Below, piece by piece: positions 47,421 through 60,930 of a stretch of 64,000 nucleotides of DNA (position 1 is its first letter; every line of letters begins with the position of its first letter). The translations under genes and the position numbers were made by a program. The notes beneath the pieces are model-generated. The model worked only from the letters and a program-made list of their open reading frames with translations, was not told where the DNA came from and did no database searches. Source of the DNA: Squalus acanthias (taxonomy: Eukaryota); the NCBI GenBank assembly GCA_030390025.1, contig CM059431.1, positions 122,204,001 through 122,268,000 on the forward strand. Reading direction: 5' to 3'.

Positions 47421-49567
47421 TACCCTATTGATGCCAGAGTGCACTCCCACAGAGATCACTGGACATTCTCAACTCCAGAGGGCATGGCTAGAATAGGCAC
47501 CAATGAGGCAGTTGCCTATCAGGGTAACAATGTGATATCATGCTCCTCCAACCAGTTCACTCGAATGACCATAGACGTGGCAAAAATTGAGCAGCCAGTA
47601 CAGCAGTGCAAGTAGAACAAACAACAGTAGGGCCATCTCCTGATCCAGGACAAGGACGCAACGGGTCAATCCCATGAGACCCCCAGCATCCAGACTCTTC
47701 ACTTATTCCAACCGCAAGGACCAGCAAGGAAGAGAACGGGGTTAGGTTTGGGGGCATACAAATAATGTTATCAAAGGAAAGCAGAATAGTCAAAACCAAA
47801 ACGTAGCCATATACACCACTCACTTTTAGGGAATTAAATTTGGTTATAGTTTATTTCAAGTGTGTCCAGACAGTTTTCTTGGAATGGTGTAACGCACAGT
47901 TTTGCCAAATGAAAGGAATGGGAAACATGGCGTGCAAGGACCGAGCACGTCAGGATGGCAGGCACTGATGCAGGACACTTGAGTGAATTTCTATTATTCA
48001 GGCTATACATTTGAACAATGCATAGCAATTACCTTGTGTGATATTACTTTATAAACAATGACTGTATTTGTATGAACTACTTTGTCCACCATTAACTCGC
48101 TTATTTAAAACAACCCTCACAAGTGAGCTAAGCTGCACTGTCAAACTATAAGAAATCTTATGTGGCTACATGCTTATGCTTTGCATAAAAGCGTGTTGAA
48201 TAAATTCATGTATTTAGTCAGACTAAGCATCTCGATTTTGTTTGAACAACAGGAGTCAAAAATCCCCTTTTTCATGGCTTTGCTTAAATTTCAAAATTAA
48301 TTAAGTATTTTTACCATATACGGGCTGCCTGTGTTAAGTTCTATTTGGCTCAGTTACTCACATCTTCTGATACATAGCAGCAATGTTTTTGTACAAAGAT
48401 TAAAAAAAACACAAAAGCTATGCAAATCCATTGCTGGCAGTAACACATTTTCAAAAAAAAATCCTAAAATTATATTTTATTATTGAAGTCACAAGAATTT
48501 TTTGAACTATCTCAAGCTTCTAGGAGACGTTTTGTATATCCATCCACTGCCTCTTGAACTCTAGGTGCTATTAATAGCATAATTTAGTCTTTTTAATTAA
48601 TTCAATGCATTGTTGTCAAACAAAACCTCTTAAGAAATCAGTACAGCTACAAAAAGATGCCATTTTAAATGTATAAACTTGTACAACCTACATTGTGCCA
48701 TAGAAAATGAATTAACCAGATTGAAATACTGGGAAAATCTGCAGACATTAAGTAACTTCACTGTCCGTGTATGCTTTGACAGTTTTGAAATATAGCCTCT
48801 GTGGGCGGACATAAAAGGATGTCATCTATATAATTCCCAATTCTTCTGATAAATTCAGTTCTCAGACTAAGGAATTCCTAGTCATGCGTATTCGATTTGC
48901 TTCAATGCTGCTGTGTGAAGGAACAGCAGCTAAAAACATTAATCAGTGGCTTGACTTCCGCTCCACCACTAATAATTCAACTGAATTAAGACTAGAAATG
49001 GTTGGAGCGTTGTTAAAAAAAAATGACTCCACTCATCTGTACTGCAGTCAGTTTAATTTAGGCAAGCGTTGAACAGATCATATATCAAAGCCAAATGTGC
49101 CACTGTAATTCATTGCAGTCATTCTATGTAAACAGCAACAGTATAGACATGCAGCAATTACTCATATTAATGTGATTTGACGAGGCCACTCCAACAGTGG
49201 TATTTCAACCTATGACGAGTTCGTAAGTGGGCTTCTGCAGGTTTCCAAGCATTCCACTTGAATATTCATGAAAGTTAAGCTTGTCTGAGAACTTTTTTTT
49301 GGGGGGTGGGGGTGGATAATTTGTTGCACAAATAGGAATTAAACTTGGGTCCACTTTTGCAAACAGTTGTATGGATCAACATATGTATTTCATCGAGTGA
49401 TATAAATCTATGTGCCTGTAGTTGTTTCTCGGAGTTAGATGGGCAATCTGACTCTAATGTGCACTTGCACTGCTTGTCTTTCACACCAGGTGTAGCACAC
49501 CTCCAGCCCAGTATGAGGCAATAGTTTATAAGTGCCCAGTCAGTCCAGTGCTCTTCCTGGAGACTTT

Positions 49568-50426
49568 GGGCTAGATTTTACCAGCCCTGAGGAGGCGGGT
49601 TTGTAGGCGGGACTGCTGCGAAGTCAAAAAGAATGGGAGGGGGTCCCGAACCCGCTCCCAACCCGCCCCCAACCAATCTTCCCGGGAGTCAGATCCCCGA
49701 TTTGCGCAGGGACCCGACTCCTAGTGACGGGAAGAGGATTAGAGCCACTTAACTGTCTGCTAACAGGTAGTTAACAGGCTGTTAAGAGGCTTTTTCCAAG
49801 TTTTAGACTTCTGCTGCAGGCTTCCCGACATCGGGGAACTCTGCCAGGGTAAGTGCTGTGGGTCTGTTGTACTGTTGGTGTACAGATGACAGCTGCAGAA
49901 GTGGTGTGAAGGATACAATGGGACACTGGTGAGTATCAGAGGTAAGAAAATGTTGGGAAAGTCATGTTTAATGTGTTTAGATTTTTCTGTAGGTGACAAG
50001 CTTTGAAGTGTTTGTGTGGCATCACCTCATTGGGAGAAGTGACAGATTGCTTCTGTACCATTACCTGCAGCTGCCATCTGTTTCATCCTAAGGAGAGAGT
50101 CATTGGAGAGCCAGGGTACAAGGGCTCACCTTTGTACAGTGATTGTCAGTGTTTGACAGCACCTCAATGCTGTCAAACACTGTCAAATCATCTGTCAAAA
50201 AATTATGGCTCATGTGCCTTTAAGAAAATCGGCAGATGAAGTGTCATCAACTGACGTCATCTGACACCAGCTTTCCCTTAATTGGCCGGCAAGCCCACCA
50301 GGCGGGCTTAACAAGGCCAATCAGGGGAAAATAGCATCTGTGCGTCGGATGTCGCTGGGGGCGGGACTAGAACCAGGAAGGCAGCTGTCCCGCCCCCAAC
50401 TCGTTTCAGTAAGTAAAATCCTGCCC
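49568..50426. mobile_element. Non-autonomous Harbinger derivative
   Basis: GGGCTAGATTTTAC / GTAAAATCCTGCCC; TSD TTT; 50140-50330 is homologous to 35150-35335. Confidence 0.75.
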
Positions 50427-50478
50427 TTTATTTTTGAAATGTTTTCAAAGTTAGAAGAAAGCAGATGCTCTCAACCAT

Positions 50479-50654
50479 GGGGGTAGATCTTGACTTTGTG
50501 CAATAGTGTAAAACGCGTGATAGCGAATCAGCAGCCCGTTTACATCACTCCCAATTTTGACTTCAATGGAATTAAAAATCGGGAGTGTTGTAAAATGAAC
50601 TGCTGATTTGCTATCACCCGTTTTACACTATCGCAAAAAGTGAAGATCTACCAC
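50479..50654. mobile_element. Short palindromic MITE
   Basis: GGTAGATCTT..ATAGTGTAAAAC..GTGATAGC / GCTATCAC..GTTTTACACTAT..AAGATCTACC fold-back. Confidence 0.75.
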
Positions 50655-51699
50655 AGACTCTTCCAACTTTAAAAATGAGCTGTATGGGACGTGAAGCTCT
50701 ACACAAGCACCCAAGTACACATGCACAGCACTTCCTTGTCTTGAGTGCAAGATGTGGTCAGTAGTGCAACTTGGGCCTGGCAGCTATATATTACACTCCA
50801 CACATACTATTCTGAGACCATCACCTATAGTGTAACTGCAGAATTGATGCAATTAAGTCAGGGAGAACAGAAAGGCTCCTTAAAAACAGAGCTACATGTA
50901 TTCTTGTGGCACTGCAAAAATCGCCGTACTGTTAATGCTGCAAGCTCTTGATTCAGGGGAAAAATGGAAATTCTCAAAGTTTGGTTATATTAGAATTTCA
51001 TATGTGCAGATTTGACTATATCAAATTGGTGCCTCGGGGAACAGCCAGGTTTCAAAATGACCTGAGCTGGTAAATAATAAACTCCAGCTTTGAACTTGAG
51101 GTAACGCTAAACTTATCGACTTACATGCTTTCAATCCTTGCTGCCTCAATTCTTTTATTTGTATCTTCACAAGCCGATCAATCTGCTGAAAACAAAACTG
51201 AATTGTCTAAGCTTGACAATGGTGACTTTGCTTTCTATTTTTTTTGATAATTGATTTCACAAGCTCCAGCTCCACAGTGCAGACTTCATGTAGATTTAAC
51301 TTGAAGGAATTTTGCATAATGGAGTGACTGTCACCACTCACAAAGGCATTATTCTAAAGTAATAGTCATGGAATAAGATTTTTTAAATAAAAATTATAAT
51401 TATTTATAGCATTATAGGTTAGAAATTATTATTGGTGATATTCACAGACAAATGCTGAACACATTCCTAAGACATTGTTAAAATAATCAGACTAGCACCA
51501 CTGGTAAAATAGCTGACAGGGATATCACACAAAACACATTAAGCATTCATCTATTAATATTGTAATCAGTCATTTCCAGCTTTATGTTGTGGGGAAAAAA
51601 GAAAAACAACATCAGACGTCAATCCATCCGTGTGAAAATTGTTAAGATCCAGTATTATGGTAACAAAGGTTTTCCTAGTTTTTGTCTACTGAAGCTGAC

Positions 51700-53870
51700 C
51701 CCTCTCAGTCAATACTTCAACAAGGAACGAACCACTATTTGACACGCTTGTGGGTAATGAGGCAAACAAAGTAGGTGACCTAAAAGTAGGGGAACAATTG
51801 GGAAGCAATGACCACAATATAAGGTTCAGTGCAAGAACGGAAAATGGAAAAAAAGTTGAGGACAAGGGTACTTGACTGGAAAGAAAGCAAATTATCGCAA
51901 GATAATAAAGGACCTTGCCCAGATTAACTGGAAGGAGAAATGGACAAATAGAACTGCAATGGGAAATATTTACAAAAGAGATGGAAAGGGTAGAAATTAA
52001 ATATATTCCAGTAAGGAGAAATAAGTAACATATCAAAGGGGTTCCCATGAATAAATAGGGAGATAAGATCAAATCTGAAACTGAAAAAAAATTCATGCCT
52101 ACGTAATAAAATAACGACAACACAAAAAGCCAGGGAAAGTATAAAATAATATAGGAAAACTGCAAAAAGGAAGGCAGATAGGTGAACAGTGAGTATGAGA
52201 GAAAATTAACAAAGAACATACAGGGGAATGAAAAAGCTTTATATAGAGACATTAATCATAAGAGGATCGTCAAGCCAGGGGTCATTCTGCTAAGAGATGA
52301 ATGAAACAAACTCGTAGTGATAGGTGAGGACATGGAAGCGATACAAAGTAGGTACTTAACCTCAGCCATCACAGAGGAAGTGGATATTGTAATTGTAGAA
52401 CCACTAGAGATGGGTTATAGAACAGTAAGTGGGTGTTATTAAAAGAGAGTTAGCACTAAAGAAGTTACTTAAACTTAAGGTTAAACAGATCACCAGGGCC
52501 TGATAGTTTACATCCAAGTATCCTGAGGTAAGCTAGGAAAAAAATATAGGATCCTCTGACTACAATTTTTGAACATTCTTTGGAAAGGAAGATTGTACTA
52601 GTGGAGTTGAGTGTCAAAAATGTGATACCCCTCTTTAAAAAAGGAAACGGGATAAGGCAGGAAGATATGATTAAGCACTTGAAAGGTTAATCAGGGTCAA
52701 TCAGGATGTATTTCTAAAAGGTAGGTCCTGATTGACCAACCTTATCAAATTATTTGTGGAAATAACAGAGAGGATAAAGGAAATGGAGTGGATATTCAAA
52801 AAACATTTGATAAGATACTAGATAAGAATCAAAGATAATGGCCCAAAAATTAGTGCCGCTACGCGAGAGTACGCACTGTGTACTCTCGCGTATTCTGTCT
52901 CCAATTGCCGGTTTTCTGCATGCACTGCGCATGCGCTGAAAACCGGCACTTGGTGAATTCAAAAGGGGCCGGTTCCTAGGTGAACCGCGTGCGTGCTACA
53001 GGCTGCACGCACGCAGTGCACTTAGTGCTTTGAACGTGCAGGTAAGCATGGAAGATTTTAGACATAAAGAAAGGAGGTGTAAGACCCTCTTTTAACAAGG
53101 TAAGTACTTAATTAAGTATTATTTTGAATTTTTTTTAACAGGTATATCTTTTTTAGAGACTTTAAAGACAGGTAAGTTTATTTTTATAACTTTTTAAAAG
53201 ATTTTAAATTTTTTCAAAAATTTAATTTTTTGTTTAAAATGGTTAATTTATTTAACTATACTTATTTTATTAATGTGATGTTTTTAAAAAAAATTAATTG
53301 AGGTTTAGCTGTTCTTTTGGGGGGGTATAGTATTCATAGCTTTCACAGCCGTGCTGTGAAAGCTATGAATGAAAGATGGTGTGCTGCCATTGGCTCTAAC
53401 TGAGTCACATGATCCCACAGCTCACACGAATGAACTACGCCTGTGGGATACGAAAGCCCTGCACAGCTGCTGTCCAGAACATCAAGTTCGTGCGAGCTCG
53501 GACTGAAAAAGCCAGCGCGCAGTGAGAGATCACGGGGAGGCCTTACCCTCGCACGAAGGCTCACTCACTAATTTTTGGGCCACCAGTACAATGAATTCCG
53601 ATCGACCCCACACATGAATAGAAAGACAGTTGAAAGGCAGAAAACAAAGGATAGGGGGTAAAAGGAAACTTCTCATATTGAAAAGATATGGTGAGTGATG
53701 TTTCACAGGGATCTGTGTTGGGATCACTCTTATTTACTATAGACATAAATGATTAAGGGAATGATTAAATTTATTGACATCAAATTGGGGCTATAACAAA
53801 ATGTGCTGAGGATTGCAGAAGACAGCGGAGATACAAAAATAGATTATGCAGGATGGACAAACAAGAGGGA
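51700..53870 (+). mobile_element. Very old, decayed CR1 interrupted by MITE copy 5
   Basis: Remnants of the GEQLGSNDHN, SPGPD.LHP and SQGSVLG motifs. Confidence 0.6.
52840..53581 (+). mobile_element. MITE family A, copy 5
   Basis: GGCCCAAAAATTAGTG / CACTAATTTTTGGGCC perfect 16-bp TIR; TSD not preserved. Confidence 0.9.
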
Positions 53871-54366
53871 AATGCCCGTTGTTTAAAAAGGGATAAAGCG
53901 ATAGACCGAGTAATTACAGGCCAGTCAGCCCAACCTCGGTGGTGGGCAAATTATTGGAAAAAATTCTGAGGGACAGTATCAATCGTCATTTAGAAAGGCA
54001 CAAATTAATCAAGGACCATCAGCATAGATTTGTTATGGGAAGGTTGTGTCTGACTAACGTGATTGAATTTTTTGAGGAGGTAACAAAATGGGTCGATAAG
54101 AGCAGTGCAGTTGATGTAATCTACATGAATTTTAGCAAGGCTTTTGACAAGGTCCCACATGACATCAAGGCAGCTTTTGACCGAGTGTGGCATCAAGGAG
54201 CCCTAGTAAAACTGAAGTCAATGGGAATCAGGGCGAAAACACTCAACTGGCTGGAGTCATACCTAGCACAAAGGAAGACGGTTGTGGTGATTGAAGGTCA
54301 ATCTTCACAGCCCCAGGACATCGCTGCAGGAGTTCTTCAGGGCAGTGTCCTCGGCCCAACCATCTT

Positions 54367-57300
54367 AGAAGCATAGAAACATAGAAGATAGGAGCAGGAG
54401 TAGGCCATTTGGCCCCTCGAGCCTGTTCTGCCATTTAATGAGATCATGGCTGATCATCCAAATTTAGTACCTTGTCCCTGCTTTCTCCCCATATCCCTTG
54501 ATCCCTTTAGCCTTAAGAAATATATCTAACTCCTTCTTGAATATACTTAATGAACTGACCTCAACTGCCTTGTGTGGTAGAGAATTCCACAGATTCACCA
54601 CTCTCTGGGTGAAGAAATTCCTCCTCATCTCAGTCCTAAATGGCTTACCCCTTATCCTTAGACTCTGACCCCTGGTTCTGGACTCCCCCGCCATCGGGAA
54701 CATCCTTCCTGCATCTAGTTTGTCTAGTCCTGTTAGAATTTTATAAGTTTCAATGAGATCCCCTCTCATTCTTCTAAACTCTAGCGAATATAAGCCTAAT
54801 CGACCCAATCTCTCCACATACATCATTCCTGCCATCCCAGGTATCAGTCTGATGAATCTTTGCTGCACTCTCTCCATGGCAAGAACATCCTTCCTCAGAT
54901 AAGGTGACCAAAACTGCACACAATACTCAAGGTGTGGTCTCACCAAGGCCCTGTACAACTGCAGCAAGACATCCTTGCTCCTGTACTCGAATCCTCTCGC
55001 TATGAAGGTCAACATACCATTTGCCTTCTTAAACGCCTGCTGCACCTGCATGCTTACCTTCAGCGACTGGTGCACAAGGACACCCAGGTCTCGTTGCACT
55101 TCCCCTTTTCCCAATCTATTGCCGTTCAGATAATAATCTGTCTTCCTGTTTTTGCCACCGAATTGGATAACCTCGCATTTATCCACATTATACTGCATTT
55201 GCCATGCATCTGCCCAATCACCCAACCTGTCCAAATCATACTAGAATTTCTCTGCATCCTCCTCACAGCACACACACCCACCCAGCTTTGCGTCGTCTGC
55301 AAACTTGGAGATATTACATCTAGTTCCCTCATCTAGATCATTAATATATTTTGTGAATAGCTGGGGTCCTAGCACCAATCCCTGCGGTACCCCACTAGTC
55401 ACTGCCTGCCACTCGGAAAAAGACCCGTTTATTCCAACTCTTTGCTTCCTGTCTGCCAACCAGTTCTCTATCGAAGACAGTACCTTACCCCAAATCCTAT
55501 GTGCTTTAACTTTGCACACTAATCTGTTATGCGGGATCTTATCAAACGCCTTCTGAAAGTCCAAATACACCACATCCACTGGTTCTCCCTTATCTATTCT
55601 ACCAGTTACATCCTCAAAAATTTCCAGTAGATTAGTCAAGCACGATTTACCTTTTGTAAATCCATGTTGACTTTGTCCGATCCTTTCACTGTTTTCTAAG
55701 TGCTCTGCTATTACATATTTTATAATGGACTCTAGCATTTTCCCCACTACCCGTTTTCTCTCTACCACCTTTTTTAAATAGTAGGGTTACATTAGCTATC
55801 CTCCAATCCATGGGAAATGTTCCAGAGTCTATAGAATTTTGGAAGATGACCAGCAATGCATCTATTATTTCTAGGGCCACTTCTTTAAGTACCCTAGGAT
55901 GTAGATTATCAGGCCCTGGGGATTTATCGGCCTTCAATTCCTTCAATTTCCCTAACACCATTTCCCTACAAATACTGATTTCATTCAATTCCTCCCTCTA
56001 ATTAGACCTATGTTCCCCGACATCTCTGTGAGGTTATTTGTGTCCTCCTTTGTGAAGACAGAACCAAAGTATGTATTTAATTGGTCTGCCATTTCTTTGT
56101 TCCCCATTATAAATTCCCCTGATTCTGACTGCAAGGGACCTACACTTGACTTCACCAATCTTTTTCTCTTCACATATATCTCGAAGCTTTTACAGTCAGT
56201 TTTTATGTTCCCTACAAGCTTACTCTCATACTCTATTTTCCCTCTCTTAATTAATCTCTTTGTCCTCCTTTGCTGAATCCTAAACTGCTCCCAATCCTCA
56301 GGTTTGCTGCTTTTTCTGGCCAAATTATATGTCCTCTCCTTGGATCTGATGCTATCCCTAATTTCCCTTGTTAGCAACGGTTGAGTCACCTTTTTTGTTT
56401 TATTTTTATGCCAAACAGGGATGAACAGATTCTGTAGTTCATCCATGCGATCTTTAAATGTTTGCCATTGCCTATCTACCATCAACCCTTTAAGTAATGT
56501 TCCCCAATCCATCCTAGCCAACTCGTGCTTCATACCATCGTAGTTTCCTTTATTTAAATTCAGGACCCTAGTCTCTGAGTCAACTACTTCACTCTCCATT
56601 TTAATGAAGAATTCTATCATATTATGATCGCTCGTTCCCAAGGGGCCCCACACAACAAGATTACTAATTAATCCTTTCTCATTACATAATACCCAATCTA
56701 AGATGGCCTGATCTCTAGTTGGTTCCTCGACATATTGGTCCAGGAAACCATCCCGTATACACTCTCGGAATTCCTCCTCCACAGTATTGTTACTAATTTG
56801 GATAGCCCAATCTATATGTAGATTAAAGTCACCCATGATAACTGCTGTGCCCTTATTGCACGCATCTCTAATTTCCCGTTTAATGCCATCCCCAACCTCA
56901 GCATTACTGTTTGGGGGTCTGTATACAACTCACACTAACGTTTTCTGCCCCTTGGTATTTCTCAGCTCTGCCCATACAGATTCCACATCATCAGAGCTAA
57001 TATCCTTCCTTACAATTGTGTTAATCTCCTCTTTAACCAGCAATGCTACCCCACCTCCTTTTCCTTTTTTCTTGTCCTGCCTGAATATTGAATACCCCTG
57101 GATGTTGAATTCCCAGACTTGGTCATCCTGGAACCATGTCTCCGTAATCCCAATTATATCATATCCGTTTACATCTATTTGTGCAGCTAATTCATCCACC
57201 TTATTACGAATGCTCCTCGTATTAAGACGCCTTCAGGCTTGATTTTTTAACACTCTTAGTCCTTTTAGAATTATTATTTACTGTGGCCATGTTTGATTTA

Positions 57301-58881
57301 CACCCTTGATTTCTCTGCCTTCCACTTTTGCTTTTCTCCTTCCTGTCTTTTGTTTCTATCCTTGCTTCCCTTTCCTCTGTCTCCCTGCACAGGTTCCCAA
57401 CCCCCTGCCATTTAAACCCTCCCCAACAGCACTAGCAAACACTCCCCCTAGGACATCGGTTCTGGTCCCGCCCAGGTGCAAACCGTCCAGTTTGTACTGG
57501 TCCCACCTCCCCCAGAACCGGTTCCAATGTCCCAGAAATTTGAATCCCTCCCCCTTGCACCATTCCTCTAGCCATGTATTCATCTGAAATATCCTTCTAT
57601 TTCTACTCTGACTAGCATGTGGCACTGGTAGCAATCCTGAGATTACTACCTTTGAGGTCCTATTTTTTAATTTACCTCCTAACTCCCTATATTCAGCTTT
57701 TAGGACCTCATCCCTTTTTTTACCTATATCGTTGGTACCTATATGCACCACGACAACTGGCTGTTCACCCTCCCCCTCCAGAATGCCCTGCAGCCGCTCT
57801 GAGACATCCTTGACCCTTGCACCAGGGAGGCAACATACCATCCTGGAGTCTCGTTTGCAGCCACAGAAACACCTATCTATTCCCCTTACAATAGAATCCC
57901 CTATCACTAAAGCTCTCCCGCTTTTTTTCCTCCCATCCTGTGCAGCAGGACCACCCTTGGTGCCAGGAAGTTGGCTGCTGCTGCCTTCCCCCGATAAGCC
58001 ATCCCCCTCAACAATATCCAAAGTGGTATATCTGTTTGAAAGGGGGATGGCCACAGGGGAACCCTGCACTACCTGCCTGCACCTACCACTCTGCCTGGTG
58101 GTCACCCATTCCCTTCCTGCCTGTGCAGCCTTTACCTGCGGTGTGACCAACTTCCTAAACGTGTAATCCACGATGTGCTCAGCATCATGAACACTCCAGT
58201 ATGTATCCATTCGCAGCTCCAGCGCTGCAATGCGGTCTGTCAGTAGCTGCAGCTGGATACACTTCCCGCACACATGGTCGTCAGGGACACAGGAAGTGTC
58301 CCTGATTTCCACATAGTGCAGGAGGAGCATGCCACGGGGCCGAGCTGTGCTGCCATGAATTACCCTTTAATTAATTCAAATTAAATTAAATCAAATCAAT
58401 ACCATTACTTACACTCCAATTAAATGATATACTCAAGGGCCCTTGTTTACCAGCACTCCCTGCTACACAACAGAGACCCTAGAAACTATAAACCACAAAA
58501 ATTAAGTTTGGAAAAAAGCGAGAAAGAGAAAAATACTCACCTACCAATCACTTACCTGCTTTCTGGTGATGTCACACTTCGATTACTTTTTACTTTTCTC
58601 TCTCCTCTTGCTGACTCTGTGCCTCTAGCAGGTCTGCCGCTCAGCTCCAGTCCCAGGCCTCCTCTCCGCGCTATTTTTATCTTCCTCTCGCTGATTCTGT
58701 GCCTCTCGCAGGTCTGCCGCTCAGCTCCGGTCTCAGGTCTCCTCTCCGCACTCTTTTTATCCTCCTCTCGCTGACTCTGTGTCTCTCGCAGGTCCGCCGC
58801 TCAGCTCCGGTCCCAGGTCTCCTCTCCGCGCTCTTTTTATGCTCCTCTCGCTGACTCTGTGCCTCTCACATGTCCGTCGCT
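54367..58881 (-). mobile_element. Near full-length CR1 LINE (5' monomers, frameshifted zinc-finger+esterase ORF1 from ~58356, disrupted ORF2)
   Basis: CSSC...CGKC, GDS and GTND motifs; ORF2 pieces at 56930, 55985, 55686, 55241 and 54464; tail TTCTATG. Confidence 0.93.
58605..58881 (-). repeat. 80-bp tandem monomers (~3.4 copies) at the CR1 5' end
   Basis: GCTGA(C/T)TCTGT recurs at 58610, 58690, 58770 and 58850. Confidence 0.9.
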
Positions 58882-60930
58882 CAGTTGCTTCATCAATGAC
58901 CTTCCCTCCAACATAAGGTCAGAAATGGGGATGTTCGCTGATGACTACACAGTGTTCAGCACCATTCACAACTCCTCAGATAATGAATCAGTCCATGCCC
59001 GCATGCAACAAGATCTGGACGACGTTCAGGCTTGGGCTGATAAGTGGTAGGTAACATTCGCGCCACAGCAGTGCCAGGCAATGACTACCTCCAACAAGCG
59101 AGAGTCTTAACCCACTCCCCTTGACATTCAACGGCATTGCCATCGCTGAATCCCCCACCATCAGCATCCTGGGGGTCACCATCGACCAGAAACTTAACTG
59201 GACCAGCCACATAAATACTGTGGCAACAACAGAAGGTCAGAGGCTAGGTATTCTGCGGCGAGTGTCTCACCTCCTGACTCCCCAAAGCCTTTCCACCATC
59301 TACAAGGCACAAGTAAGGAGTGTGATGTATTACTCTTCACTTGCCTAGATGAGTGCAGCTCCAACAACACTCAAGAAGCTCGACACCATCCAGGACAAAG
59401 CAACCCGTTTGATTGGCACCCTATCCACCACCTTATACATTCACTCCCTCCACCACCGGTGCACCGTGGCTGCAGTGTGTACCATCTACAAGATGCACTG
59501 CAGCAACTCGCCAAGGCTTCTTCGGCAGCACCTCCCAAACCCACGACCTCTTCCACCTAGAAGGACAAGGGCAGCAGACGCATGGGAACAGCACCACCTC
59601 CAAGTTCCCCTCCAAGTCACACACCATCCTGACTTAGAAGTATATCGCCGATCCTTCACCGTCGCTGGGTCAAAATCCTGGAACTCCCTACCTAACAGCT
59701 CTGTGGGAGTACCTTCACCACACGGACTGCAGTGGTTCAAGAAGGCAGCTCACCACCACCTTCTCAAGGGCAGTTAGGGATGGGCAATAAATGCTGCCTT
59801 GCCAGCGATGCCCAGATCCCATAAAACAAATTAAAAAAAAAACATGGCAGCCTGGTCAGAAAAGTAAAAGCCATGGGATCCAAGGGAAAGTGGCTCAGTG
59901 GCAAGAAGCAAAGGGTAATGATCGACGGGTGTTTTTGTGACTGGCAGGCTGTTTCCAGTGGGGTTCTGCAAGGCTCAGTACTAGGTCTCTTGCTTTTTGT
60001 GGTATATATCAATGATTTAGACTTCAATGTAGGGGGCATGATTAAGAAGTTTGCAGATGATACAAAAATTGGCCGCGTGGTTGATAGTGAGGAGTAAAGC
60101 TGTAGACTGCAGGAAGATGTCAATGGACTGGTCAGGTGACCAGAAAAATGGCAAATGGAATTCAATCCGGAGAAGTGTGAGATATTGCATTTGGGGAGGG
60201 CTAACAAGGCAAGGGAATACACATTAAATGGTAGGATACTGAGAGGTGTCGAGGAACAGAGGGACCTTGTCATGTCCCTGAAAGTAGCAAGACAAGTAGA
60301 TAAGGTGGTTAAGAAGGCATACTTTCCTTTATTAACTGAGGCATAGAATATAAGGACAGGGAGGTTATGCTTGAACTGTATAAAACATTAGTTAGGCCAC
60401 AGCTAGAGTACTGCATGCAGTTCTGGTCACCACATTACAGAAAAGATGTGATTGCACTAGAGAGGCTACAGAGGAGATTTGTGATGATGTTGCCAGGACT
60501 GGAGAATTTTAGCTATGAGGAAAGATTGGATAGACTGGGGTTCTGACAGCAAAGTACCTTAGTGCAAATCACATAACTTGGTATATGGTATTGTGTTCCT
60601 TATTGAATAATTTTCAATATTTTGCAATGAACTCCATTACATGCACTCAGGCAGAACAAATATACTAAATCTGTACACTTGTAAAGAAATATGACTTTCT
60701 ACAGATTTTTAAATTAATATATTACTGACATCCAGTGTGTCCGCCTAAAATCTGTGGGAACCTATTTAAGCATGCTAATTAGAGTCCTGTGCTTGTTTTA
60801 AGACTCAAATGCCCTTTTCAAAAGATCTTCTGCTCTATTCACTGCCCTATTTGCCAATTCTAAACCAGTGACAGGAAATCATCAGCAGAAATAGCCTGGA
60901 GGGCGCCGCTTCTAGCAATATTTAAAGGGA

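Larger units (their letters stand above)
54161..59842 (+). mobile_element. CR1-group family B LINE (54161-54366 continuing at ~58882-59842)
   Basis: DIKAAFDRVWHQG...QGSVLGPTI resumes as SCFINDLPS...FADD; A-rich tail. Confidence 0.85.
53875..60545 (+). mobile_element. Outer CR1 RT fragment (53875-54160 continuing at 59842-60545), host of two nested LINEs
   Basis: AFDKVPH at 54160 resumes as CATGGCAGCCTGGTCAGAAAAGTAAAAGCC (HGSLVRKVKA) at ~59843. Confidence 0.85.

Noticed and set aside
47403..47823. Short ORFs next to the Penelope inverted repeat
   Set aside because: No motif recognised and stops in all frames; cannot support a gene.
51686..52252. 188-aa hydrophobic ORF
   Set aside because: Antisense reading of an A-rich decayed CR1.
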